A DNA stretch of 64,000 nucleotides, from the NCBI GenBank assembly GCA_032718475.1, contig JAUCBJ010001563.1:1-64000 (forward strand). Direction: 5' to 3'. Of the stretch, positions 50,101 to 62,538 are shown in pieces. The stretch is from Nemertoderma westbladi. Its lineage: Eukaryota > Animalia > Xenacoelomorpha. The notes under the pieces were generated by a model, which searched no databases, was not told where the DNA came from, and worked only from the letters and a program-made list of their open reading frames with translations. Both the position numbers and the translations under genes were made by a program. How positions within the stretch are numbered: position 1 is the stretch's first letter; every line of letters begins with the position of its first letter.

Positions 50101-52083
50101 TATACCGACGACGGCGAAAGCCAGACTTCTCAAGGAGAGGATAGCGGGAAAGATACTGAAAGATCTTATTATGTCAATAAAACGCCTAAAGAACAGGTAA
50201 GTAAATTCAAGTCTCGAACCAATGACAGGAGAGAACAGGTAAGAAAAACTCCTCCTACGTCTCCTAAGAGAATTCAGGTAAGAAAGCCCGAAGAAAGAAC
50301 GAGTGTGCACAATGTTATTCAAAATAAGGTAAGTAACATCAAACCGAAATGTGTGCTATGTGACGGGACCCACCGTTTGAATATGTGTGATGAATTCCTA
50401 AAGAAATCATTAACGGAGAGACGGGAAGTCATGTGGGATAAGCGGTTGTGTTATAATTGCCTCAGACAAGGACACCAATGGCGAACCTGTTACTCCGACA
50501 CAAGGTGTGCAAAGTGCGGTGCGAAACATCATATCTTGTTGCACACTGAATTCGAACGAAACAGCCCGAGTCAGGTAAGTGATTCCGAACTACATGTCCA
50601 ATTCAGTGATGTGAACGACACGGACCAAAGTTCTGAGATGGAAGGATTCTATACGGACGAATTCTCCGATGAAAACGAATCCTGTTACATGATAAATACC
50701 GCAGTGTATCGAGCACTTACGTATGAAAAAGACACAGACAGCGACCTCACCCTAACTACTTCTGATCGACAACCATCTTGGAAAGCGCCAACTTCCAATG
50801 TAGGAATCCGAGAATTTCCTGTAGTACAGTTAAGGGTCCACGGACCTAAAAGGAGTTATATAGTGAACGCCCTTCTTGACTCCGGTAGTACAGGAACATT
50901 CATCGACAAAGAACTAGCCGAAGACATCTTTGCTGGACAACCCAAGTTCCGAACTAAGCTAAATATGTCAGGAATTATGCAGGTTTGGAAATCTACAGTA
51001 ATAGCGGATTATTATGTAGGTGCGTTGTCCACCCCCCAGGATGAACTAGGAGAACATAGTATAAGGTCAGTAAAAATGGTGGCGATAAAGAACTTCGCTA
51101 CCAGCCAAGTGGAACCTTATAACTGGGATGAGGACGATTTCACCCAGCAGCTTGAAATACCTAGATTCAACACCGATTACCCTGGAGTGCAAATACTCAT
51201 CGGTCAAAACGCGCATGAAGCGCTCGAGACATTGGAGAAACAGCCTGCTCAACCGCAACCACTACAAGCCTATGCGGGAAGAACTAGAGTGGGTTGGTAC
51301 TTTACTGGCCCTTCCCGTAGAACTCTCATGGAAAGATTACCAAAAGAACAGGTATATCATTTAAGTGAATGGGAAGTGGAGAGCAGTGAAGTTGACGACC
51401 CAACTGAGGGAACACCATACTCCTCAGATAATGACGATATTAACTCTAATGTAGATCAATGGAGATATTGCCCCGAGACGATTAATCTAACCAACATCGC
51501 TTCCAGAGGAGCAACTCCTCAAGAACTGACAGATACTCCAGACTGGTTAGGTGGACCCGACTTCCTAAGTAAAGTAGATGAATGGCCTCCCCATCTTACC
51601 ACGGCTGAGATTAGACAAGCCAAGGGAGCGGACAAAGTCAAACCTAAAACCCGGACGAGTAAATCAAGGTTATTTAAACCCGTGATAGATCTGTCTGTAT
51701 TACACATTGCGTGTATTGCACATCTAAACTCCCCCACCGCGAACCGATCTGTTGTGGAGATCAGAGAGAGAGACTGGAGATCTGGAACACCAGACATCTC
51801 GCCGGGACTCTCACCTCTCCTGCCGGGAGCGATGGACCACTATAGATCCTGGAATCGGCTTTGTAAGGCCGTCGTGTATTTGAAGCGATGTTTCTATCAT
51901 CACTATTCCAGGACGAAGAGGAAACCTGGAATTGTCTTCGAGACACAGCAGCTCAATCGCCCAGTTGGTCGTTTATGTTTACTGGAACGAGACCGAGAAC
52001 TGTCCGGAAACTATGGAAGGCAAGATACTCTTCCCACGACCACCTCCCTAATCCAACAAACATCTAGGGACTCCCCAACTTAA
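47129..52083 (+). pseudogene. Bel/Pao Gag-protease polyprotein, about 1650 codons; one frameshift near 49135 and one TAG at 49285-49287; RT and integrase absent
   Basis: DUF1759-like KFNGD..KW..F...LSNGEKLRFL; knuckles CVLC..H..C, CYNC..GH...C, CAKC..KHHILLH; protease LLDSGS; Pao RNase H tail QWRYCP..N..ASRG..WLGGPDFL; terminal RPVGRLCLLE. Confidence 0.88.
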
Positions 52084-53720
52084 CAACGGCTGGAGCGGGT
52101 GTGTGACTATATTTTGTATTTGTTTTTATTCTTTTATATTTATGTATGTATTATTATGTAATTTTATTATAATCATTTTCTTTAATTTTATTTAGTAGAA
52201 TGTTATTTTAGCGATTATTTAGTAGATTAGTGCAATATATATTAGTGTTTATTACTTAATTACTTATATATTATATATTTAGTGCGACGGCGAGAAATAA
52301 TTATTTTTCTCTTTCCTTACTGTCCGTATTACATTACAAATACGTAACTACAGTAAGATGAAATATCCGTACTTATTAAAGTACAATAAAGCTCCTACTA
52401 TATTCAAGTATTATTGGTAAAGTAGAGTATTAGGAATGCAAAATTCAGATCCTCGTGTCTCGGCTAAACCAAGCTCTGGGTAGACCTTGGAAACGACTTG
52501 CCTCTTCTCACTGACATTGCTTCGTGCGATATTGCTCTCATACCGTATATTAAATAATACATATAGTAGCGTGATGTCCCTTTAACAGTAGCGTACAACG
52601 CAAAATAAATCTGTTAAACCCTTTGACCATCTGTAATTCTAGTCGATTAAGATATCGCGGCACCCACCGATATACTTGAAAGACAAAATTCTAGAATCAG
52701 TGGTTAACGTCCCCAGACAAGTTCTGGAATAAACTGGTGCCCATCCTAAATATTAATTATTAATATTTACAAAATCTGTTAAATTTTAGATCCTTTAAAA
52801 TTCTAGTCTATTAAGATATCGTAGCACTTACCGATATTCTTAAAAAGACCAATTTCCTAGAATCAAGGATTCCAGTCCCCAGACATGTTCTGGAATAAAA
52901 TTGTGTCTATTTAACATTAAATAATAAAATTTACGGGAATAAATTTAAATTCATATTTTTAATGAATTTAATAAATTGTCATTTTTATACAATTTATAAC
53001 ATTCCCAAAATTCCTTTAATTAATAGATCATGGGAGCGGAGATTCACTCTATTAAGTGTATTAGTGTGCGAGAATCTCCAATATATAGTCAATAGCCGAT
53101 AAAATTCATAAAATCATGTATAGAGAGGATATTGACCATTAAAGAATTACTATTAAATAGCATCCCAGATCTGTATACATGAGAATTACCCTAATTCTAC
53201 CGCTAGCTTTCCATAATGTCACCATGGCAACAACCACGCTAGAATTAGAAGTGAGTTAAAAGAACAATAGAAAGCTTGCCCCATTGAATAGCATAGGGAA
53301 TAAATAGCGCACTGCTAGTATCCAAGGATACATAATAATAAAGTGACATTCTGGAAGGCACTGACTAACGGACAAATGGCCCGAATGTGTACAGTTTGTG
53401 ACAGTTGTGTTGAATTTGTGCATTTATAGGTGAATGTTACTGCTAAAAGTGTGTTTACAGTAGTGAGTCGCAATTGTGAAAGTAGCCCTAACTCTCCAGA
53501 AAGAACCTGAAGTACATCTAAGCCTTTGGGACGGACAGTGGAGTGACTTGTGCCGGTTATCGTTGTCGTTGTGTAGCTACATCGTTGGCGAAAGCACAGC
53601 GACGACGGTACATCGGCGCTGAGGATCTTGCACTGTCCGGGGGCAAAGAGGGGTAGGCAGCGACGCCCGCTAGCCTAAAATATAAACTCATTATAATATT
53701 GATAAACTCATATAGCAGAT

Positions 53721-56700
53721 ATGACTGAGTTGATAGAAGATGATCTTGGTATCAGGGAGCAATATACTCTACCTTTACAAGCGTTTGTCGATAGCTTGAT
53801 ACGCGGCGATGCTGGTCCAACTACTACGGAGGATGATGGTCGTTATATCGAACCGCCAATGTCCCCGGAGCAACTTACGCGTGAATTGGATTATAGAAAG
53901 TTCACCGCTCGCTATACGCATCGTAATGGTACGTATATGGACTTCTTAACTAATGGCCATCCTATCGATTTACACGATACGGACGATGTAGACACCAAAA
54001 GGGAAATGGTTTTATTTAAATATCATACCCAGCGGAGTCGGAACGATAAACCGAGAATAGAACACGAGAACTCTATTCGAAACAGACTCGAAAGGGAAGA
54101 CGTTGAAGAGCCGGATAAACGCAGCGACTTCAACGATTATCTGGAATTCCTGAGAGAGACATATCTCAATATTGCCAGCCAACAAAATCTCGAAACTCGA
54201 TATCCTCAAGGTATACATCATGATCCTATGATAGAACTCAAACGACTCTATTTCACTATGATGTATCTTACCGCCGATCGACCGCTACCTGTCGTCCCAG
54301 ATAGCTTCGAACAGATGGAGGAATATTGTAAAACTGGTGAACGATCACCCGCGTTTCCCCTGCAGGACGTGCGTCTTTGGTATTACTGCGACGAATGCCC
54401 TAGACCCAATCAGCAAACGGAAAGACATAAACATCCGCGGAGACGTTGCGCTAAACACAGTTTTACACGATATACTTACGGGAGTTTCGAGCGAAACCTG
54501 TTCGACGTATCACCTACGGTCGCTCGGCTCAAACGATCCTTGAATAAACCAATGATCAGAGTTCCGGAATACTCGGTCAGACCTCCTCATTCCTCAGTTA
54601 GACCTCAGACTCTTGAGCCTAATAGTATCACGGATCCTCCCGAACTGTACTCACTGTTCAAAGATCTAGTGTTACCCGAACAGTTGATCGGTGGCACTCC
54701 GGTAGTGGGCTCGCTAGATATTCGCCAACCCTACCTAGCCGGATTAGGACGCGGTCATCTAATATCGCCGTTTAACCCGTACAACCGTCCCGGCTTCACC
54801 CCGATACAACCCGTTACGGAAGTCGAAGAGAGCGTCGTACGAAACGCGTTAGACGCTATTCGGCAGAAAATCGGAAAGGGAACTTACGATTGTTTGGAGA
54901 AATGTAAATTGCAGCAACAAGTCCAAGCGGTGAAGGAATTAGCTTTACCCCAGTTCGATAGAGAAATACAAAATCTCGAGGAGGACATCGAACGTGGACG
55001 AACCTACTCTTTACAAGAGTTCCTAGATGAGCGTTTACAACAACAAGCGGAGGAAAATCAGCTCGAGGAGAGACATATAGAACTAGATGAGAGAGAAGAA
55101 GCAGCTTTAGCCCAGCCAGAAGCTCAAATCCTTATAACAGATCTCTATTCTAAAACCATTATCCATCCTTCGATGGTTCCTCATTTCGGAGACAAACTCT
55201 TCCCCACGGCACAGCCTCAACCGGTTGATATCAACCTAAGATCTCGAGATCTTATCGCTGATGCTCCCATGTTGCAACGTCCGCCCATCGAAGCCGCTCA
55301 TGTCGATGGTATACTCGTTGAACCTCCGGACAATAGAGCGGATCTTGTCCATCGCATGGTACACGATGTTAACATACTCGCTAGACCTTTACCGGACTCG
55401 TTTTATGGGATCAAAGATCACCCTTGTTGCGTCAATCTAACACAATATTACATGGTAAAACCGGAAGATCCTACACATAGTCTAAGGTTTCTACCACTAA
55501 TAAATCCTCTCGATCTTGTCGAACTCGAACAACTGCAGAAACATCTGGATCAGTTAGTTAAAGTTAACTCATTTCGAAAACCATATAATGTTTCCAGAAT
55601 AGAGAAAGAAACACTACCTCCGTATAATCTTGATGGATTCATCAAAACTCGATTAGTACACTGGAATCTTGACGTGTTATTCGAGGAGGAAAGAATACAA
55701 CGATATGGAGATGTGGAAACATATACTACACAATACTTAAAGTATAGAGATCTACCTAATGCTAGCGAATGCGCTACCTTGTGGCATCCAGTGGGAATGA
55801 CTCTCGAAAACGCCACTAAAGAGTGGAATGAGACTCTTAACGTTATCGAGATGTATGGAGTTGTCACTTACGATAACGAAGGTAGCGTTCCGGTTGGAGA
55901 ACTGGGAACTACGCGAATGATACACATATGAGGACTCGCTGGTTCTACCCACGTATTTACTCGAGCGTGTTCCGATGTGATTGATTATTCTTTTGAGACT
56001 CTTACTGAGACACAAAAGAAACTCCGACATGGACAATTCGAACTCGCGCAGCGTTACGTCACCGACACCGAGCGCAAACCAGCCATGGGTATCGATGGAT
56101 CGATGTTACCCCAGCCCGTGCTCGGAATGTTGTTTAACGAAAGAATCCTTAAAATCGGCTCAGCTGTTTATGGAGATCTACAAAACGACTTTCGGAACAT
56201 GGAGAACATTCCATACCCTTTCGTTGATACTCAGCTGATTGCTCCCTGGGCAGAAGGCCGAGGTTTCTTCCGCACTATGTATTAGGGCGGTGCGTTTTTT
56301 ACTTTTTTTCGATTTCATTGTTCTACCGGTGCACAAAAGTTGCCAAATGGTAAAAAAATAAGGCAAAAAAAATTTCTTTAAATTTCGTCTATATCTTCAC
56401 GGATCCCAAGAGGGTTGAAATTTTGTGCCATCGCGATGCACCATAATGAAATTTATAACAATATAACACATTGATGAAAGATCAATGACTCAAAAAAGGA
56501 CTTCCTGCATGCATCAAATGTCATCAAATGGGTCCAAACTTAGTTAGATACCAAAATTTTAATTTTTGGATCAAGGGAACTAGTGCCACAGGCACGTGGC
56601 CAGAACCTACCATTTGGCGCAAGTGATGATTATTCTCAATTTTCGCGATGACCAACTTTGAGTTCTCCTACTGCATTCATATTATGCTCATTAGAACCGC

Positions 56701-59397
56701 AATGGCCGATTTAGTGGGGGTAGACACCTTCAAAATAAACATAGAGGGAATAGTTCTTGAGATATCGCAGAAAATGTGAAGTCCGGCACAAGTCTACATT
56801 ACCACCTTGATGTGATATGGACAAATACACTAAAAATGATATTTTGAATTATCTCAAGGAATCACGAATAGACACATCACAGAAATGATCGATATAGTGG
56901 GTGAAGACACCTTCAAAATAAGAATAGAGTCATTAGTTCTTGAGTTATTTTACAAAATGTCAAGACTATGTCCACCAATTAATACTTGATATTGAGTTGA
57001 CCCATTCCACACATTTTGTACAAAAACTATAGTGAATTAATCACTACTCTTTAATTTTGAAGTTGTCTGTATACAGTAAATCAATTTGTTGCAGTGATGT
57101 GTATATTTTTGATGCCTTAAGATAATTAGAAGTAACATTTTTGTGTATTTGTCTATAAATCATCAAGGCGGTAATGTTGACTTGTGCCGTACTTTACATT
57201 TTCTGCAATATCTCAAGATCTATTCGCTCTATGCTTGTTTTGATGGTATCTACCCCCACTAAATCGGTCATTGCGGTTCTAATGAGCATAATATTAATGC
57301 CGTAGGATAAATAAAAGTTGTCCATCATCAAAATTGAGAATAATCATTACTTGCGCCAAAGAGTAGGTTCTGGTCATTTGCCTGTGGCACTACTTCCCTT
57401 GATCCAAAAATTAAAATTTTGATATCTAACTAAGTTAGGACCCATTTGATGATATTTGATGCATGCAGGAAGTTCTTTTTTGAGTCATTGATCTTTCATC
57501 AATGTGTTATATTGTTATAAATTTCATTATGGTGCATCGCGATGGCACAAAATTTCTACCCTCTTGGGATCCGTGAAGATATAGACGAAATTGAAAGAAA
57601 TTTTTTTTGCCTTATTTTTGTACCATTTGGCAACTTTTGTGCACCGGTAGAACAATGAAATCGAAAAAAAGTAAAAAACGCACCGCCCTACTATGTATGC
57701 CAATACACCCAGCGGCATTACTAAAGTACAACGAACCTCCATCGGACATCTTGCCTTTCAAGAATACGGATGGAATTTCAAGGTTGGAAATCCTATCAAT
57801 TACCAACAAGTATATGGAGATCATTATTCTCGTTTATACTTTGATGGACCATTGACCGCACCTGGCGCCGTGTATAGCTTTATGAGTGTTCCACTTCGTC
57901 CCTCCTTAGCTATATACACGATCTTTGAAAACGCAGCACTTGCTGGATGGCTAGCCGATGTGTGCAGTCGTACCATACGCACCCACCCCTTAATACTTGG
58001 AACCAAACTCGCCAAGTTAGATTAACACAATAAATTCATCCGCTTCGAATGTTTCAGGCGCTTTCTGACTCCGTTCCGTAACGTTGATAGTCAGTTCAAG
58101 GACCGCGCTCTGACCAAACTCAGCCTAAGAGACTCAGCTGCGGAGAAGCTAAACAGCGCGGGATTTGCCCTTTTCCAGGACGTTTGTATACAGAACTTAC
58201 ATTCATCTGTTATACAAAGACCCCGAATACCCACGGGTTATTCTGTCGTGGAAGTTCAGACAGTGGGTCCGCTTGCGGAGACAGCCGCACCTACCTCAGC
58301 TATGCAATTGGAAGACGAACCAATATGCTTAGAATCTGAGGCGATTCAGCCTACAGCGCCCCGGAGCAGCGATAACGACTACGTCTTAGAGTGGTATCAA
58401 GGTCCACAATGTCTCACCGCATACGATTATCGACACGCCAACTATGTTTCTCGAAAACGTTGTCGATTATGCGCATCGAGAGACCATTTCACCCCTATGG
58501 ACTCAGACGTACCCTGCTCCTATTTCCACGAACAACCGATGATGGAGATCTATTGTGCGTATTGCAGACTTAATAACTCGCACATTTTTGCAGTCTGCCC
58601 CCAATTTATGACTCAATGCCACCACTGTCAACTTAAAGGACATGCCAGTTATAATTGCCCCTTTAACCACGATTTAGAAAGCGTAGATGAGATGATTATT
58701 GCTTATCCTGCGCTACATCCGAGCTTGGGAAGCGAACGCGGATTTACATTGTGAGTCCCGCCATCGCTATTACCCTGGACGCTCTTACGAGGGAGTTTAC
58801 GCGTTCCATCCTTATTTATTCGCGTCTGTTGAACAAAAAACACGCACACCGAGTTACGAACTAATGAAGCGTGTTGGTGAGTGTATTTCCACCAAATTTG
58901 TTCGAAAATATCTCAGGAACGTCAATCCTAACGATATTACTTCATACCATTTGATCAATTTCATCCGTCAAGACCCTGAGTATGGCGATTTATTTATCAA
59001 CTCGCACCCTTAGTTACAGGAAGTATCTCGACGGCCCTACGAATATCGAGCCCGAGAACGTGAGCTGGAAAGAACCATTAAACCGAGGAAGTTTCTCACC
59101 ACTCACGGTCCACCTACCGCCATTGTCCAGACGACCCGTCAAGGACCCGTAGGAGCTGCTGTCCTAAGACGCGCCCTAAAGGCCGTTAGACCTCGCTCCA
59201 CTGAAGTTGATATCGATCAACCAGGTACTTCGACCGGCGGATACACCGATCGTAATCCTAAACCTTCTGATGCAATTGTATTGCACCCTTCACCCAGGAG
59301 TTACAGCCCTCCTAGTAAAGTGGCTCGCCCCAAAGAGAAAAGGACTCTTGCTAGCCTCAAAAAACTGCGTAAACGCCGTCCGCGTAAGAAAGACTAA
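53721..59397 (+). pseudogene. Extra gene (ORF3) of about 1420 codons after reconstruction: unknown N-terminus, DEDDy 3'-5' exonuclease-like domain, CCHC knuckles, basic tail
   Basis: The frame continues through TGA 55929, across the MITE (TSD CTATGTAT) and through TAA 58023; frameshift near 58740; TAG 59011; ends KKLRKRRPRKKD-stop near 59397. Confidence 0.8.
56283..57690. mobile_element. 1408-bp foldback MITE, hAT-like
   Basis: TIR TAGGGCGGTGCG; 8-bp TSD CTATGTAT (56275-56282 and 57691-57698); arms complementary over most of the length. Confidence 0.92.
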
Positions 59398-59465
59398 CTG
59401 TTTAGAGTATTTTTATATTTTAGAAACTGTGATTTTTTATATTTTATAGACTAAAATCCCATTTT

Positions 59466-59475
59466 CTGGGAGCGG
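59466..59475 (+). other. Polypurine tract before the 3' LTR
   Basis: CTGGGAGCGG directly followed by TGT. Confidence 0.7.
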
Positions 59476-60633
59476 TGTAAAAGCTTTTGCGGAATTAGCC
59501 GGTTATTTTCCCCGTAAAGTACTCTGTAGTTGGTTTAACAGGCATAAAAGGCCGTATCCTTACTGTACTGGTGTTTCAGTGGACATAAAAAGCCATTTCT
59601 TCTGTATGTGTACTTTAGTGGACATAATTAGCAATTCTATGTCGCAATACGCGAAATCCTCTTGAAACAGTATAGTTACTATGACGACAGCTAACAGCTG
59701 ATCTGTACACGTGTAGCTTTTTTCCTTGTTCTCTGGTGTTTCTTTGTTCGGTCAACCAATCAGAGCGATTCTCCTGCTTTTTGTACAGAAACCTCCGGGA
59801 AATCGCGCAATGCATTATGGGTCAATGTTAACATTTTGTCCTGAGCCCAGAAGACCGGCTTTGGAATCTCTGTGTTTTCAGTCTTTAGCCCAACATTAGT
59901 AGGCTTAATTATAGAACGTATATCTGTTATCTTACATATCATAACAATTTATACATTAACATTTTGCTGCTATTTACTGTCGGTTATTCATTATATCAGT
60001 TGATGGAATATTATTATATTTGGAATATCTATAAATAATTACAAAACCCTCAATCTTCTTGATATACTGAAGGTAAGAGAGACCGGTTACATATAACGAT
60101 TGCGACTTACATTAAAGTGGTTTTGAAGTGAATCTAATGCTATTTCATAGGCACTACATGTATTGGTTGTTGTTCTCTTTATATGTGACTAAAATTAGTG
60201 AAGGTCGGCAGATCGGTGTGCAGCATTGTGCAGTATTGTGTATGATTGTGACTGATAACAAAGCATCTCCTAAAGAATGCGCTATATACGTGAATCCATA
60301 GCCATCCCGTTGTGTCTAGTTTAAGTCATAACTCTGTTTACATATTTAGAGCGCCACGTCCTAAAGGAACTGTTAATATTTCCCGAAAGTGAATAATATT
60401 TGTCAGAGATTATATATTACGATCAGTCGAATAATACAGTAGGCCTACACCGCAATAAGGTTAGGCTTCCGAATCCAGTCTCCCGGATATATCCAGCGGG
60501 TGAATGGTCGCGCATAGACTGGCTTCGGCTAATGTAGTGTATCAAATACTCGTCATAGGCTAAAGACGATTTATTATCTAGAAGACATCCCAATTTGGCA
60601 GGTTAAACTGCTAAAGGTCTGAAAGCGCGAACA
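59476..60633 (+). repeat. 3' LTR
   Basis: Direct repeat of 43658-44815. Confidence 0.97.
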
Positions 60634-61548
60634 GGGATGGTAAAGTGAAAGTAATTCAGACAAGTATTCCGGAGCCGTTTCATGTAGGCATTTATAAGTA
60701 AGAACTGCTAGTATCTTGTAGTCAATTCGTCTATGAACTGGTAGCCAATGAAGTTTTTCAAGAATGGAGATATGGTCATATTTTCTGACATTACAGAGCA
60801 ATCTAGAAGAACAGTTCTGTACATATTGCAGCTTCTTAATATATTTCTGTGGTAACCCAAAGTACAGTATAATGAATTATTCAAGTCCAACCGAGATGAG
60901 ATAAAAGCGTGAATCGCTGTCTCCAAGTCTTTTTTAGGCAAATATTTCCTAATCCGCGAAAGATTGCGAATGTATGGTAGAATGACTCCGAAACTACGTG
61001 AGCTATTTGTTTATCTATCCTCAGGTGTTCATCCTCAATAAAACCAATACTCCTGGCTGATTTATGACTTTCCTCCATTTTCCTCCGATTTGCAGCTTTT
61101 GAGCAGGCAGTTGATCAGCAAAACGCGATTGCATTAGGACCATCTCAGTCTTACCGTCATTTATTTTCATAAAATGCTTATTCATCCAATTTTTAATATC
61201 ACCAATGCAATCTGCCTAACATCAATGACCTCACTACGTTTAAATGAAACATATAGCTGTGTATCATCAGCAAACAAGTGATATTTTAGACATTGTCGCC
61301 GAATTACGTTGGAAAGGGAACGCGTATATAGTTAAAATAATAATGGCCCAAGAACAGAACCCTGTGGAACTCCATATTTCAAATACTTTTTATGTGAATA
61401 ACTATCTCCAATAAGTACTCGATAAGAGCGCTCACTAAGGTAAGAGCGAAACCAATTTAATGCATGCCCAGTTACACCAACATTATGCTCTAAAATTTGT
61501 AGTAGTATGGAATGGTCAATGGCATCAAACGCGGCACTTAAGTCGAGC
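60634..61548 (-). pseudogene. RT region of an L2/CR1-group LINE (right half), frameshifted and 5'-truncated
   Basis: [58 protein letters not shown]; joins 43657 as YHP|TRNLRSS. Confidence 0.88.
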
Positions 61549-62538
61549 TCCCCTATATGCGCTCTGAAATGGTTTATATAAAGAATGCAGGTGTAAATGA
61601 TTTATTAATTGCTGTGCAACAACCTAACCTTTTCAGTTATCTTCGCAAGAATTTTCAAGTTTGATACCGGGCGAAAGTTATTTATATGTCAGGGTTAAGA
61701 CGCCTCTTCTTAATCAATGGACGCAATACACTCTCTTTGAAGAGTTGTGGGACTTGCCTAATCGACAATGACAGATTGATTATAATTACAAACAATCGTA
61801 ACAGCAATCCAATGCATCCATGTAACACCCTAGAGGGAAGTGGATCAGATGTGCATGCATATACTGGGCATACAAGTAAATGTATGGCGTAGGGACATAC
61901 TGATCAATAATGTCGCACTGCGATATACGTTGGAAAATATATCGCTCTGGCGAATTGGTAGTGCGAAATTAATTCCATTAAATTCAATAAAATAATTCAT
62001 TATTATTATTGCATAATAAATAATGTAGTACATGATTTTCACTATATTATACTAAGATATTTTAGCGAGCGTAGAGAGGTTAATAAAGAAGCGAGGAAAC
62101 ATTGAAAATATATTTATGGAAATATTTATATACAGTAGCCGATTTTGAAATGTGGAGTTGTTTGGTTGCAGAGGCAACCGGCTATATGGATCGTAGTAGG
62201 GATATAAGTTGGAATATAAAGCAATTGTGGGTTTGTAGAGACAATACAGTATTCACACACAGGCTTTTGTTTCGATTTCTGCCAGTTACTACCGCGGTTA
62301 GGTACAGTAGTAGATTAGATGAACTGAACAGTGAACAATATTCCAGTTTTTTTTATATTGGTATTCGGATGAAACATATTTCACATGAAAAAGTGAGATG
62401 GTTTGGGACAAAATGGGATATTCGGGCGTGCCACTCCCACCGGATATCTCGTGGGACAGCGTGACTGAAACTCCAAAGCAGCGGGGAAGTTCAGTTCCGC
62501 CCGCGGAAATCAGCACACCATACTTTTGAGTTCTTTAA

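Larger units (their letters stand above)
43658..60633 (+). mobile_element. Bel/Pao-derived LTR retrotransposon, 16976 bp, lacking pol, with an extra exonuclease/zinc-finger gene
   Basis: Two 1158-bp TGT...ACA LTRs; 5-bp TSD GGGGT/GGGAT (one mismatch); PPT CTGGGAGCGG before the 3' LTR; Bel/Pao gag-protease motifs. Confidence 0.93.

Noticed and set aside
53721-55931. Envelope gene
   Set aside because: No signal peptide, transmembrane anchor or Cys-rich fusion-protein pattern is visible.
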